A stretch of 64,000 nucleotides of DNA from Patellaria atrata CBS 101060 (taxonomy: Eukaryota), in contig MU006090.1 in NCBI GenBank assembly GCA_010093705.1, positions 2,038,022 to 2,102,021 of the forward strand, in the 5' to 3' direction. Both the position numbers and the translations under genes were made by a program. Shown piece after piece: positions 25,568 to 38,043 of this stretch (positions are counted from its first letter, which is position 1; each line of letters starts with the position of its first letter). The notes below the pieces were generated by a model, which ran no database searches, was not told the origin of the DNA, and saw only the letters and a list, made by a program, of their open reading frames with translations.

Positions 25568-27633
25568 TCACTTCGATCCTTTGGCGAGAGCAACCTCCCT
25601 GTACTGTCTCTGAGCCTCTGAGCCGGTGACTAACAGTTCAGGACAGTGACCTGATTCCTTGAAATGACGTTTCATATTATCGAACCTATTCGTCGGTTTT
25701 GTGGTGCAACCGGGGTGCGGGCAGGAATATAAGCGCTCTTTGTGCGTTTTCATGTGCTTGGTAAGGTTGGAGGAGTCATTGCAGACAAAGTTGCAGCCGG
25801 GCTCTTTGCACTTGTGGATTTTTTGCCCGGTGTGGGTGCGCTCGTGGGTTGCTACACGTAAGTGATTAGTATTGTGTTTTGTCTGCCGAGTAAGACGAGG
25901 AAAGGACTAACTCCATGAAGTATGCGTTGCGCATCTGTGCTCGCAGTATCTACATTTGAAAGGCTTTTCACCTGTGTGTGTACGCATATGATTTTGCAAA
26001 CCCTGAGCGTTTGCAAATCTTTTCGTGCAACCCTCCCATGAGCATTCAAAGGTATAATCTAAGAATAATGTTAGTAAGCCACAAGGCTGATCCGTCAAAA
26101 AGTGTAGAGCAAGGGGGAATAAGTACCTTGCGTATGTCTTCTAAGATGCCTATTCAACTTTCCCCTCTGCTTATGATCACGCTCTAAGTAATCATCACAA
26201 CCATCCCAATGACAGCGGAACTCCTTGCTCAGCTTGCTTGTATGTACCTCCTGCATATGTGCCTGCATCTCTCCAGTGGTAGAGAATTGCTGTAAGCACA
26301 AGTGATGAGGCCCACCCGTCCGAGGGTTCATTACCCAGTGGCATATCAGGGGCGCTTGGGTCTTAGGTGTAGCAGAACTACCCACATAAGATGCAGCTAC
26401 ACTTGCTATTTCAGATGCTGGTACGGATGGTCTACCTGATTGTACGGGAACGGTAGAGCCTCGGCTATAACTAACGTCGAAACCTCCTTGGGATATGGTA
26501 GATATAGACGGGCTTCTCGTGTGTATTGAGGGTGGGACGCTGTTATCTACTTGAAGTTGACTCTGTGGACTTTGCATTGGATAGGAAATAGTATAAGGTG
26601 AGGGTTGCCCGACATGACTACCTGCTGAAGGTGTTGAGGAAACCTGTGCTTGAGCATTGAGGTTGGAATAGAACAATGTACTAGCGGGATCAGCATGCTC
26701 TCCTGGAAACATAGCATCTTGATAGCCTGAGATTGAGCCGATTCCGGCTTGAGAATGGCCACCACCATCCCAGGGCTGATTGTTGGCGGATAGGGGATTA
26801 TACCTCTGATTACTCGAAGAGCTGGCAGTCGTCTGTTCCGGCCAGAAAAGCCCAGTGTTCAAGTCTTGCCGTAAATTTGATTGGTTATGCTGACTATGAT
26901 AATGGGGTTGTCCATATGAATACGAACTATTCAAATAGGGTTGCTGCTGCTGATGTTGATTTGGGCAGGGTAGTTGTTGATAGCCATCACAGTGAACATG
27001 ATCTCCAGTCTGATCTTCCTGAGAATGGTCCTGGTAGCAAGCATGGTTCCACATTTGTTCCGATAAGCAGTTAGAGTCGTAACAAGGACTTCCCAATACA
27101 GTCGGGTCGAGACAGTCAATCCCGCACGTGAGCTCAGGACAGTTGAGATCTAAACACTCCGAATTCCAGCACGGCTGCTCATCGCAGTCGGGATCGTCGC
27201 ATGCACACGGGGCGTCGCAAGTCTCGAGTCCAAAGCAGGGCTGTAGGCATTCCGGGGAACAATCTTTGGTGATAGCACATTCTTCACAGGCCAGCTGGGA
27301 GGCCTTGGCCGGTAGAGTCTGGCCCCTGGAGAAGGAGTTGGTCTTCAGAAACGTATCGAGTGAGTCGTCCTCGCTGACTAGACAGTCGAGTTGGTTTGAA
27401 TGAGAGTTCCCACAGTCGAGACAGAGATCTTTCGGGTTGACGAGTCTCTGCAAGGGCCCGTCACTGAGTGAGGAATGACGGATGCCGGTTGTGGCTCGCC
27501 GCTTACGGACAGGGTCGACAGGTTTACCAGACGAGTCACGCTTTAATCCTGCTATGACTGGAGAGACTGGAGAACCTGGAGGAGATAGAGAGGCAAAGGT
27601 AAAAGCGTGCCAGTATGAAGAAGAGTCGTCCAT
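25568..27633 (-). CDS. C2H2 zinc-finger transcription factor with a Cys-rich N-terminal region (Zap1/ZafA-like)
   Basis: About 6 fingers over three exons (CHW...C...H...H, CHWDGC, CSWEGC...[15 protein letters not shown]...SSNLTKH, CPHPGC) and an acidic Cys-rich block. Confidence 0.85.
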
Positions 27634-28677
27634 AGTGGACCTTTTAGATGCTCCTGGGGGCTCTGGTGGTTAGAGATTTAATTGCTGGACGGATTGCGGT
27701 TGGAACAGAGCTGAGCCTGTCGAGGGTCATTGATGCCATCATGGTACTCACTAAAGCCACTCTTGACTCTTGCCTTACGCCGCCTCGACTCTGCACGCGA
27801 TGAAGTTGCTGCTAACCCCCTCGAGCCTGACACCACTGTCTTCTTATTCTCCGCCATTTCATTTTTTCTTTCGCTTTCTGTCACAATAATTCGCTGGCTA
27901 CTTCTCGTCCGGAAAGCCGACAAGGTGATTGGCATGAACGACGACTTAATTCTGACGATTTCTTATTCTGGACCTGCATCTATATTGACACAAGCATGAC
28001 TGAATGTGCCTATATGCGAATACGGCCTTTTAGATGTAAGAAGACTTTTTCGTCTCTAATAAACGAATTTGTACGCCCTTGGCGATTTACGGACGGAAGC
28101 TGAACCGTTGCAGCACTACGTAACACAGGTATGGATACAATGGTGTTACCAATACCGTAGGCCGGGGCAGGTCGCCTGTACTGTATTCTAATTTTGATTA
28201 GTCCATATTCCATTTGGTTATACATGGGGAGTTCACGCGACAATATTCTTTCTTCTTAGCCGGGGGAGGGGTTCATACTTACCGCTAGGTTCGATTCAGA
28301 ATTTCAGATGTGATATGACTTTACTGTAGCGTCATTCTCAGTCAGGTACTGTACTGTACCAGTCCTCTGATTGCACAGCCCAGTGAGGTGGAGTCGTTCT
28401 CCGTAAGCTTTTCAAAACGTGGAGTTGGATGACCTGACAACGTACGGTATGATGACAATACGAGGTCCGGCTATTGGGCGGTCGATCAACGATTATCGGC
28501 AATCACTCACGCCTCAATCCAGCAAGTTTTCCCGCCGAACTTCCAACCCCGCTGCCAAGCCAGCGGAGCCTCGGAGGTTCCACCCGTCCAACCTCACCCT
28601 CACCACCATGAACAACTTAACCTCTGCCGGGCGCTTCCCCAGTTCTGCAATACCTCCCACCATAACTCTCCCGCGCC

Positions 28678-29190
28678 ATGGGCAATCTCTGCGGGAAACA
28701 ATCCAAATCCGAAAATTTCTCCGGTGAAGGTCGTGTCCTCGGCGCTGCACCCATACCAGCCGCCGCCCCGCGCGCGCCCGTCCCATCAGAACAGCAGAGA
28801 CAGAAAGCGGTGCCGAAAGTAGGGGGACCAGCGCGGACACTCGGAGGGTCAAGTGTTGGAGAGACCCGTGGTGACGATCCGAAGGCTGCGGCCGCAAGAG
28901 CAGCAGAGGTGCGTGAACATTCGCTAAGAAATGCGCCGGGAAGGCGTGAGAGGCACGGGACGCCTATGATGACCATGGCGCGGATCTAGACAAGAGAAGA
29001 TGAAAAGCTGACGAGTTGTCTTTTTTTTTTCTAGGAAAGAGCGAATAGGGCAACTGCGACTGGGAAATTAGGGAAGCAATTAGAGGCGCAAAGGAAACAG
29101 ACGAGGACGGCGACTTTAGAGCAGGTCAGTCAGGAGAATAGGGCGCAGAGGGATGCGGATGCGGGGATGGAGGCCAGAAATTGGAATTAA
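28678..29190 (+). CDS. Small putatively myristoylated/palmitoylated protein
   Basis: MGNLCGKQS N-terminus, GRVLG and ARTLGG motifs, AAARAAE|ERA spliced across an intron at about 28909-29034, GKLGKQLEAQRKQTR...RNWN*. Confidence 0.85.
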
Positions 29191-29603
29191 GGGTGCTTGT
29201 ACATGTGTATAGGATTATGAGAAATGCGACGGAGCAGCGTGTTGGAAATGATTGAGGAGCATTAGCGGCATGACTGATCCCTACGTTTGGCATGTTTAAA
29301 GAATCGGTGTGATGTATGGGAGCAGAGATTTGTACAGTCAACTCTAGGTAAATAGACGCCGAAAGTGCGCAAAATTATAAGAGCTATGAGTGATGACGGT
29401 CTTTGTAATGAAGTACTGATGCACAGCAAACGTAGAGTACAGCGGCACACGAGCGCTAAAGTAACTATATAAAAGGGGAGAAAAGGATTTGTCAAGTTCT
29501 CGTAAAGTCCCCTCCTAGTTCCCGTTCATTCACTTGTTTCCTATACCCCGTGATAACTATTGAGTATGCACTATATTTAAAAGCTCTATCCCCAAGCTTC
29601 TAA

Positions 29604-29727
29604 TTCTGGTGGTATAGCCCAGTGGTTGTGGTGTGTTCTATATTCCCACTATCCGAGCCTCACAATCGACATGTTACCAGAAGAGACAATGCACGTTTCG
29701 GGCTCCTTAATAGGAGCCTCTTTTTTT
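29604..29727 (+). ncRNA. Candidate RNA polymerase III structured ncRNA
   Basis: TATA-like TATATTTAAA at 29572, consensus A-box TAGCCCAGTGG at 29615-29625, long stem 29604-29615/29671-29682, 7-bp hairpin 29701-29718, then T7. Confidence 0.35.
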
Positions 29728-30016
29728 GGTACTGTTTTCCTTTTTTTTTTTAACCTAATGTTAGATAAGGAGAAGGTCAGATAGGACTTGTCTTTTACTA
29801 ACGTGGGGAACCTGACCTTTGGTAGAGAAGGTGAGACTATAGTGAAGGAAGATACTGTTGAGAGTTTTGAAGACATAATTAACATTACCATGATAATAAT
29901 TATAGTGCTGACCTTAGACTCGTGCTAACATCTTCATCATCATTTTCACACTTCCGGTTCTATTTTATACAAGTAAAGTTACACTGCCTATATTACCCCT
30001 TCACCAACTATCCGAT

Positions 30017-31823
30017 TCACTTACTCTCCACAACTTCTTCCACCTTATGTTCCTGCAATTCCCTTTCTCCCTCTTCTTTAAGCCTTTTGTCCTTCCACTC
30101 TCCCCAGTTCTCCACTCCCCACTCTCCTTTCCCCTCCCCCCTAGCCCAATAAATCGCCGCCGCCCACGCCGCTCCCGTCGCCGCCCCCACCAAATGTGCC
30201 ACATGATCCACCTTTCTACCCAACAGCGCAATTCTCCACAACGCCAGTACATCGAGCGTTAAGTACGCGCTCAGGACCGCTAGAGGAGGTATTTCCCATT
30301 CCGACCAACTGAGTTTGAACGTACTACTTTCGTCAATCAAGCAGAGACAGGTGAGAATGCCGGCGATAGCACCGGAAGCGCCGTTACTGGTGCTTTGAAA
30401 GAAGCGAATGCGGGTGAAGTAGACCAGTGAGCCGAGAGAGCCGAGGGTGCCGGCGGTGAGAAAGAGGGAGAGGAGGAGGGGGCGGGAGGTTTGATTTTCG
30501 AGGGATGTGCCTACGAAAGCTAGGACGGCCATATTGACTGCGAGATGTGGCAACTTAGAATGGGAGAAGATGTTGCCGATTGCAGAGAGCGCGAAGGGAT
30601 AGCCGGGAATTTGGACAAAGTATTTTGTCAGAGTGGGCCATGCTGGAGGGAACTTCCAAAGCATGAATATAAAAGAGTTAAGGCCAATGAGGCCGATCAT
30701 GGTTGCGGTAGATGGTGGGATGTCAGGGGCCATGCGTACGGGGGAAGGGGTGTAATATTCCATGAGCAAAGTGCTGAAGCCGACGGTTAAGAGAGAGACG
30801 AAGAGGGTAGGGAAGATACGGCGGGCGTTGCTCATTTCTGGCGGAAATTCTTGGTCTGTAATTTGCACTTTTGCAGCCCACTTTTCTGCCCATTCGCGCT
30901 GTGCGGGGTTAACGGCTGCTTGTTCTTTGGCTATCCTCACTATATGATCGCATTAGTAGGCATTTTACCAGCGATATAAATCTAGAAACAGGAGTGTTAC
31001 CCATATCTCGTATATTCTTCGCTCTAGGCGTGTCCTCGCTCTCGTTGAGTTCCACGGAGGCCCCATTCCGACGGTGCGCCTCTTTCTCTTGCTCTTGAGC
31101 CCTTATCAAGTTCTCTTGCCTCGTTCGAGCCAATTCCTCTAAAACACTAGGGCGACTAATGCCTACCTGTTGTATCTCCACGCCAGTGAACTCCCCTGTG
31201 CTGAGTTCATGCGCAAGTTGCGGCTCCCTCCTCTTTAGAACTTCATACGCGGCTGTCTCGTCGATTGGGAAAGTACTTCTCAACCAGTCCAATGCCACCT
31301 CTTTGTTCTCGTTATCCCATTCTGTGATATACTCTTTGTACACCCAATAGTCCAGGCCATTTTTATGGGACAAGAGTCCTCGATGTCGCTGATATTGCAG
31401 TCTTTGAAGTAGAACGTTACCTTCATCCTCGGAAGGGACTGTTCCAAAGATGGTCTCTAGATCCATGGTGGATAGCGGTCCGTTTGGCAACGGCATTCCA
31501 TCGACAGCATTGTAGTGGGACCAGACGAGAGCTTCCTCCTCTCGCTTGTGCTGGACGGGAGCTTTCTTGGGGGCTTTCGGAGGTGCAGATCGCGGTTTCG
31601 AAGGCCAACGGCGAATCTTCGAAAGATATCGCGAGGAAGTATGGAATTGTCTCGGGATGACTTGATTGTTCAAGCTATTATCACTCGGATGGCGGGAGTT
31701 TGCATCAAGTCGCAACGCGCTTTTCCCGGTAGTGATCCGCAGGGAAGTAGTCCATAAAGATGTTGTTGGCAGACGCAAGGCCTGACAAGGCGAACGTATT
31801 GCTATCGTATACACATTGTTCAT
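30017..31823 (-). CDS. PCP1: Mitochondrial rhomboid protease (Pcp1/PARL family)
   Basis: Basic presequence, FSHSKLPHLAVNM, catalytic GASG and HVAHLVG, multiple TM helices. Intron 30940-31000. Confidence 0.88.
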
Positions 31824-32552
31824 TGCTGAGAGGTATCTAGCATTGGGGTGTCGTCTCCATATCCAACGCATTAAAGTACAGGTCGGGTACCTTACCTTAT
31901 GGTCATAGCACGATATTGGTCCGTGCCTGAACTGCGGAGTTCTTTCCATCACCTCCGACTTCCCATCAAATCCTCCCTGCGTATCTACACACAAACATCT
32001 CAAATTGCTGTATCCTGAGTATACAGCAAGAACCTTAGGCTGGATAACCCAATTGTATTGTAGGTAATGTTCAAAAGCATTCCTTTATGACTGACATATC
32101 TGCGATACCGCTTAATTGTCCAGCTTACAGTACGTATTTACTGTCATGGCTGTCCAGTCATCCATCAGGTATCGGTATCGGTACCTTATTGCGCAATCGC
32201 ACCTTATACCTTTCCTCCCACGCGCTCCAGTCCGAGACGAGGAATTCTTTGTTTCGGGGTAATGATCCAATGCAGGTCTGTTTATCAAATAGGCATGTGT
32301 TATGGAGCGATGATGATTCTAAAGGAATGAACGACTTTCCTACCGTGATGTCCGTAGATTGTGACCATCAAGGTAGCTATAAGTTTAAGTAGAGTACAAC
32401 AATCAGCAATCAGACAAATAAACTGTCAGCTTTATATTCACCACCACTCCGTTCTTTTGGTATTAAATATTATTGTGTCCCTTCTGTGCTATCAGTATAC
32501 TCTCTCACTCGTCTACCTTTCTTTGCACCAACATACAAGAAATACAGTGGCC

Positions 32553-33675
32553 ATGATGGACTCCCTCGCAGCTCCCCTTAAAGCAAGATTGGCCTGGAAA
32601 CATCTCCCAGTCGAGGTGATTCTCGAAGTTGTAAGCCATACTATCTGGTCTCGCCATACTACATTCTCTCGCAACAGCATCACATCCCTTTCAGGAGTCG
32701 ACAGGCGTACCCGCAGCATAATCATAAACTACGAGAATTCTATCGCTCGAGAAATATTAGCACACCAATTCCCTGAAGCACGGAAACATTTCCCCGTTTT
32801 ATACTCGCTCCACGATCAGAAGATGTCATACTGGTTCCTAGAGACTATTGCAGAAAGATACCAAATCGTGGAAAAGCTGTGCGCAAAGATGGTTGATATC
32901 TTAGGTCCGTGGGCAGCGTTGGGCAGAGGGGATACCCGCGTGAAGAGGTGGATCACGACGGGGTGGTTGCTGATGTGGCGCCTTTTGGATACTGGTAGGA
33001 CACTCATAACCTTCGATGGCTCTTTCAGCTAACTGGGCTGGCCCAGAAAAATATGAGGACAAGATCGAGCTGCTCTTCTCCCTCCCGGCCATATCCTCAG
33101 CTACGTTATTCTTAGCGCTGTACTTCAGTCTCAACGCAGCAATCGAGCTCGGCCATGGACCGATCCACAAGAATTTCTTCCGCAATCCAGAGGAGACAGC
33201 CGACGCTAGACTTGTATTCGAAGAACGGTTGCTCAACGCCGGGCCAGAGTATCTCTTAAAGACGTTACAACACGATCATGAGACAGCACAGTAAGTACTT
33301 TCACTTCGCAGCTGCAATTGCCTATACATTGTTTCATTCTTAGTCCGGGCTCCTAAACCGGACTAGTAGTAACTCTAACCTTCTGGCAGGTCACTAACAC
33401 AAAACAGAGACCTATGGCAGCACTATACTCTACTCGAGTCTGCACAAATGTACGACGAGGAGGGTAATCCACCGCAAAAAACCCTCATTAGCCAGCTGCG
33501 ACAGTCATTCGCTAAGAGTTATGGTTGTAACCTTCACAAGAGCATGACGCATATCTTGAACATGGCGTGTTCGACTGATTCGATGTTGTATCGTCTTGAC
33601 GAAGAGGGTATGGGAGATGTTATTAGCGGAAGGGTGATAGAACGGGCTGCTGGAAAGCCGGAGGAGGGGAGGTAA
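32553..33675 (+). CDS. Hypothetical protein with an N-terminal F-box-like motif
   Basis: WKHLPVEVILEVVSH...SLSGVDRRTRSII. Three ORF blocks joined by introns at about 32995-33046 and 33291-33389. Confidence 0.65.
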
Positions 33676-34300
33676 GATATGGAGATGTGTTGTATGAGGT
33701 ACGAGCGATGAGGTATGAAGCGACGAACAGTTGGATAGCGAAGAGCGATTGACCCATCGTTTGGATCCATTGATGGAGATATTCTCAAATTCATTGAGCT
33801 CATGTAAAGTGGTTTCAACACACAGGGCTCAATAGTATAGTTATTCAAAAAGACTCCACATGTGCATGCGCTTCGACATCTTTCATTCGCACACTCTTCT
33901 ATGCACCCCCATCTGCAACCAAATACCATGCCGTACATCAAGATGGCATAGCCCGCTTTTCTCCTCTCAGCCCCTAAATAGTATCGTACAAGAGTGGGGA
34001 AAATAACTCCAACTAGCACATCTGCCATATCCATCGTCCTTAAACCCCCTAAACCCCCTAAAAAGAATAAGCGGCCTAAAGGGGCCATCTAGCGAAAGGC
34101 GTCTCTGCCGAGATTAAAAGTACATATCCGCCCAGAAAACCAACATCAACCCTCCCGAATATTTTGTTAAGGGGTGATATAAGGACTAGAACGCCAAAAA
34201 GATGCAGTGGAGAAAACTGTACAGATGAAGAGGGCATTTGAACGTTTTTGGCACGAAAACAGAGGGTAAGCAGGTATACTATTACTCTTTCCTACCCTTT

Positions 34301-36007
34301 TTAAATATAATCCCTCCCACTCTTCTGCAACTCAATCATTCTCCACCCCCTCGTCTCCGGATTGCTCACCTCCTCCGGAATCCTCGTGACTCCGATGGCA
34401 TACGTAACCTGCTGGACCTTATCCTCCATACCGGCCGCCAGCTCCCCGGTTTTCGCATTGCGGTATGTATGCACCTCCTGCGTTCTACAGGTGATGATGA
34501 AAACGGGAATTTCGCCTGGCTCGACCATGCGCGCGGACAAAATATCCACATGCCTTATGTCGAGGATGCGTCCGTCGGATTTCAAGCCCGCGGTCGTATA
34601 CTGCTGCATCAGTGCTGCGTAGACCTGGTACTGTGCGGCGGAGAGCCAAAGCTTGAGGGTCTCAACATCGCCTTTCACGTACGCGTCTAATACCTCAGGT
34701 AAGATGTACTCGCGCATTTCCTGCAGGAAGGGTTCGAGCTGGAAAGTCGGGTCCATCTCTTTGAACTTCTTGATGACCATTGCAGTCTCGTTTTCGGCGA
34801 AGAAGCCTGCGACGCGGTCCGAAATCGAGCGCGCCGTGATGATTAGTGGGTTCTCGGATTCGGCGTAAGTGCTTTTGAAGTTGAAGAGGCGTTGCATGAC
34901 GGGGTTGGAGTCGCGGAAGTCGCGCCAGGATTCTTTCCATTTGGCGTCTTTGTGAAGGGTTATGTTTGTGCCGGCGCTAAAATCAGTGAATTAGCATAAC
35001 TCCATGACGCTGTATGTTACGTTGTTTGTGCAGTATTGTACTCACTTTGGATCCTCCTCGAAGATCTGGGGTCGTTTACCACCATACTTCTTCAATTCCT
35101 CAGCTTCTCTCGCTTCTCTCCTCTTCCTTCTTTCCTCTTTTTCTACCCAGCCCCCGTACTTTGACGAACTACCGTCATCAATGACATTTGCAACGCTCTT
35201 GTACGCCTCCGTCTTCCGCACCGGTTCTGTAACCTTCTCCACTCCTCTGGCTGCAGCAGTAACACCTTTACGCACACCTTTCACAACAGGCGTCTCCCAA
35301 GTCCAGGCCGCACCCTGGCCTATTACTTTTCCAGTTGTCTTTAGAGTCTTAGCTGCCGCGCCACCTGTGGTTTCAGAAACCTTAGAATATGCTTCACGAG
35401 CCTTTCTGATGTGTTCATTTTGCGTGAAGTCGTTTACCCCTGATGCAAGAGCTTTGGTCGACTCGTTCCATTCCTTTGAAGCTTTGAATTCGGTCTTTAG
35501 GGTTTCAGTGAAGACTTGCCAGGGTGTTTTGTCTCCATGGGGTGGAGGCGGAGGAGCATCCTTCTTCTCTTGCTTTTGTTTGCCGTCTGTCTCCCCTTCG
35601 GACTGCTGCTCACCTTCTTGCTTAGGGCCTTCTCCAGATTTGGGTCCCTCGCTGGCGGCATCCTCAGCCTTTGCATCAGATGCTGGCTTTGTTGAGGGCT
35701 CCTCTTTTTTCTTCTGAGCTGCTTCTTGGTAGAGGTATGATCGGTTGTGGAATGATCGGAATTGGAATATTAGGGATTGGGTGATTAAGTCTTCGGGTCG
35801 GAGGCGAGATCTTAGAAAGGAAAAATTGTATGAAGAGATTGAGGGGGTATTAGAGGAGATGTTCGTCTGTTCGGATGACAATTGAGATGATTCCGCACAT
35901 AACCGCCTGTACGCTGCTGTCCGACCATAGCCTGATGAAGCTGTAACTGCGGCAAAGGAGCGAGCCCGACCAGCACTGGGCGGGAGAGTCCTGGTGAGCA
36001 CTCTCAT
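34301..36007 (-). CDS. TIM44: Mitochondrial import translocase subunit Tim44
   Basis: Presequence, KTPWQVF, YGGWVEKEERRK, ESENPLI, YILPEVLDAYVKGD...W, GWRMIE. Intron at about 34977-35045. Confidence 0.96.
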
Positions 36008-36249
36008 GCTACAATTGTTATTTACACAAACTATTGCTCTGCTTGGATTATACGTCTAAATAAGGAGCAAAAAGTGAAGCTGGATATCGAGGGCAGAAAC
36101 CGATGAGGTGATGAAAAAGTCGGAGGTCTCTTAGGATGCCGACGGGATGGAAATGTTCCCCATTTGATGTACATGGCTTGGCAATTCATCGATTTCTTCT
36201 CTACACCATCAGGGACATCAACATAACGCCAAATTTACATCCAGCGACA

Positions 36250-36933
36250 ATGAGTGTTGCACGATCTCATCCATGGCTTGGGTCCTCGGTATGCGCATAT
36301 CGCCCACGAGCAGTTCCTCGACCCGGCTTCCTCACCCGAGCGTTCAGCGAGGCCACAACTCGCAAAGATGGGCCGCGAATATCATATTCACCTTCATCCG
36401 CATTTCCACAGCGGCCTTCCCCCTTTCCCAACTTATTTGGTCGCCACGGCCCGAAGCCTCCATTAGGTGGTCCACCAGATCCAGACACCCACCTGCTACA
36501 GCAACAGCACCAACAACAGCAACAGCAAGAGATGCAATTGCAGCAACAGCAACTAGATCAACAGCGACACTATTTACATGTCTACGCTACGAAACACAAC
36601 ACACATATCACATTGGCGAAGCCGGATCACGGTGCGCTGATCAGTGTTAGCTGTGGGAATATTGGGTTTAGGAAAGCGGCACGGGGGAATTACGATTCTG
36701 CATACCAATTGGCAGCGTATGTGATGAGCACTATTCAGGAGAAAGGATTGCTGGTGCAGATACAGAAGTTGGAATTGGTCCTAAGGGGTTTTGGGGCGGG
36801 AAGGGATGCGGTTACGAAAGCTTTGCTGGGAACTGAGGGGAGGAATCTTAGGGGAAAGGTTATCAAGGTTAGTGATGCGACGAGGTTGAAATTTGGTGGA
36901 TCAAGAAGTAGGGCGATTAGGAGATTGGGTTAG
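36250..36933 (+). CDS. MRPS18: Mitochondrial ribosomal protein uS11m
   Basis: HVYATKHNTHITL...SCGNIGFRKAARG...VLRGFGAGR...DATRLKFGGSRSRAIRRLG S11 domain. Presequence and a poly-Q insert. Confidence 0.92.
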   Translation: MSVARSHPWLGSSVCAYRPRAVPRPGFLTRAFSEATTRKDGPRISYSPSSAFPQRPSPFPNLFGRHGPKPPLGGPPDPDTHLLQQQHQQQQQQEMQLQQQQLDQQRHYLHVYATKHNTHITLAKPDHGALISVSCGNIGFRKAARGNYDSAYQLAAYVMSTIQEKGLLVQIQKLELVLRGFGAGRDAVTKALLGTEGRNLRGKVIKVSDATRLKFGGSRSRAIRRLG

Positions 36934-37217
36934 AGAGTATACCGAGGAAGAAGGCAGAATTTTGGCTTTTAATGTATGCATAAGATGGAGTTGGACTGTT
37001 GACCTTCTGTCTGGGCCCATTCTAATTTATATCATAGAACTACTAGATGAGCTCCAGCACGCCTACATTACCCATTTCCTCTACCTAGGTATGGAGATTT
37101 TCCCATTAACACCATCCCTACCTATTTCACGCTATGCTGTCCTAAATATCCATCGCCAAATACATGCCAATCATAGTATATCATTCATCAGACTCTCACA
37201 GAGATTCAACACAGTTG

Positions 37218-38043
37218 TTATCTCCTACCGGTAGGCATCGGAGCTCTTTCTGCCACTGGAATTTGCCGCCCACTTGTATCTGTCACTGATTCCAGTCTTG
37301 GCGTCGTCTCCTGCCTTTCACCACTTCTCCAGCTAGTACTACTACTTATTCGGTCCATCTCGCTATCCCACCTATCTTGTTCCTCGATAGAGACGCGGGA
37401 GCGACGACGTTGATCATCGCGGAGCATTGCAGTCCTCTCATCATCATCTTCTACAAGCTCACCGTCGACAGTATCATACTCTGGAGGGGCTATCCATTCT
37501 CTGGGTACCACGCAGGGTAACGCTAACCCAATACTGGCTGCTCGATTTAGCCAGTTGGGTGCCTTTTGCCCTGTGAGCTTTTCACAAAGGTAGGACGTAA
37601 AGTGGTTGCAATTAAAGGTGAGGAGATTATACGCAGTGCCTTGAAATTTTTGGGAGGCCTCTCTTATTATTTCATCCAGCTCTTCCTCAGGGCGGAATGT
37701 GAATCCGTGTAGTACTTTCACCCTAAAGGTACCTCCAGGAGGGGGTTCACTTGGTCTTGTCCAATAGACGCCGGATAATCCTGGTCTGTCGTGACCACCA
37801 TACGCGTATTCTTTATTTTTTATGACAACACCAGAGTGAAGGAGCGATGAACCGATTGCCCACAAGAATGATGAGACTTTCCCTGGCTGCTTCGAGGATT
37901 AGTTTTGAGGCCAACGAGGGGACACAGCTGCATACTGGTAAGAGATCATAAACATTGATAGAGACCTCAGTTCTCTGCGCCGACATAGTTGTCCGATGGC
38001 TGTTACTCCTCCTCGGACCTCTAGGCCTACTAGCAGAAGGCAT
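37218..38043 (-). CDS. PPPDE/DeSI family cysteine isopeptidase
   Basis: VSINVYDL|...LLHSGV...EYAYGGH...YNLLTFNCNHFTSYLCEKLTG...PNWLNR, with the catalytic His/Cys dyad. One intron at about 37888-37935. Confidence 0.93.

Noticed and set aside
28275..28300. ATACTTACC resembling the 5' end of U1 snRNA
   Set aside because: No U1 stem-loops or Sm site follow. It is better explained as the reverse complement of a GGTAAGTAT splice donor of the minus-strand zinc-finger gene.
28960..29015. ATGATGA...CTGA in the intron of the small myristoylated-protein gene
   Set aside because: Too short for a C/D snoRNA, the CTGA is part of the GCTGAC branch point, and no rRNA guide is recognisable.
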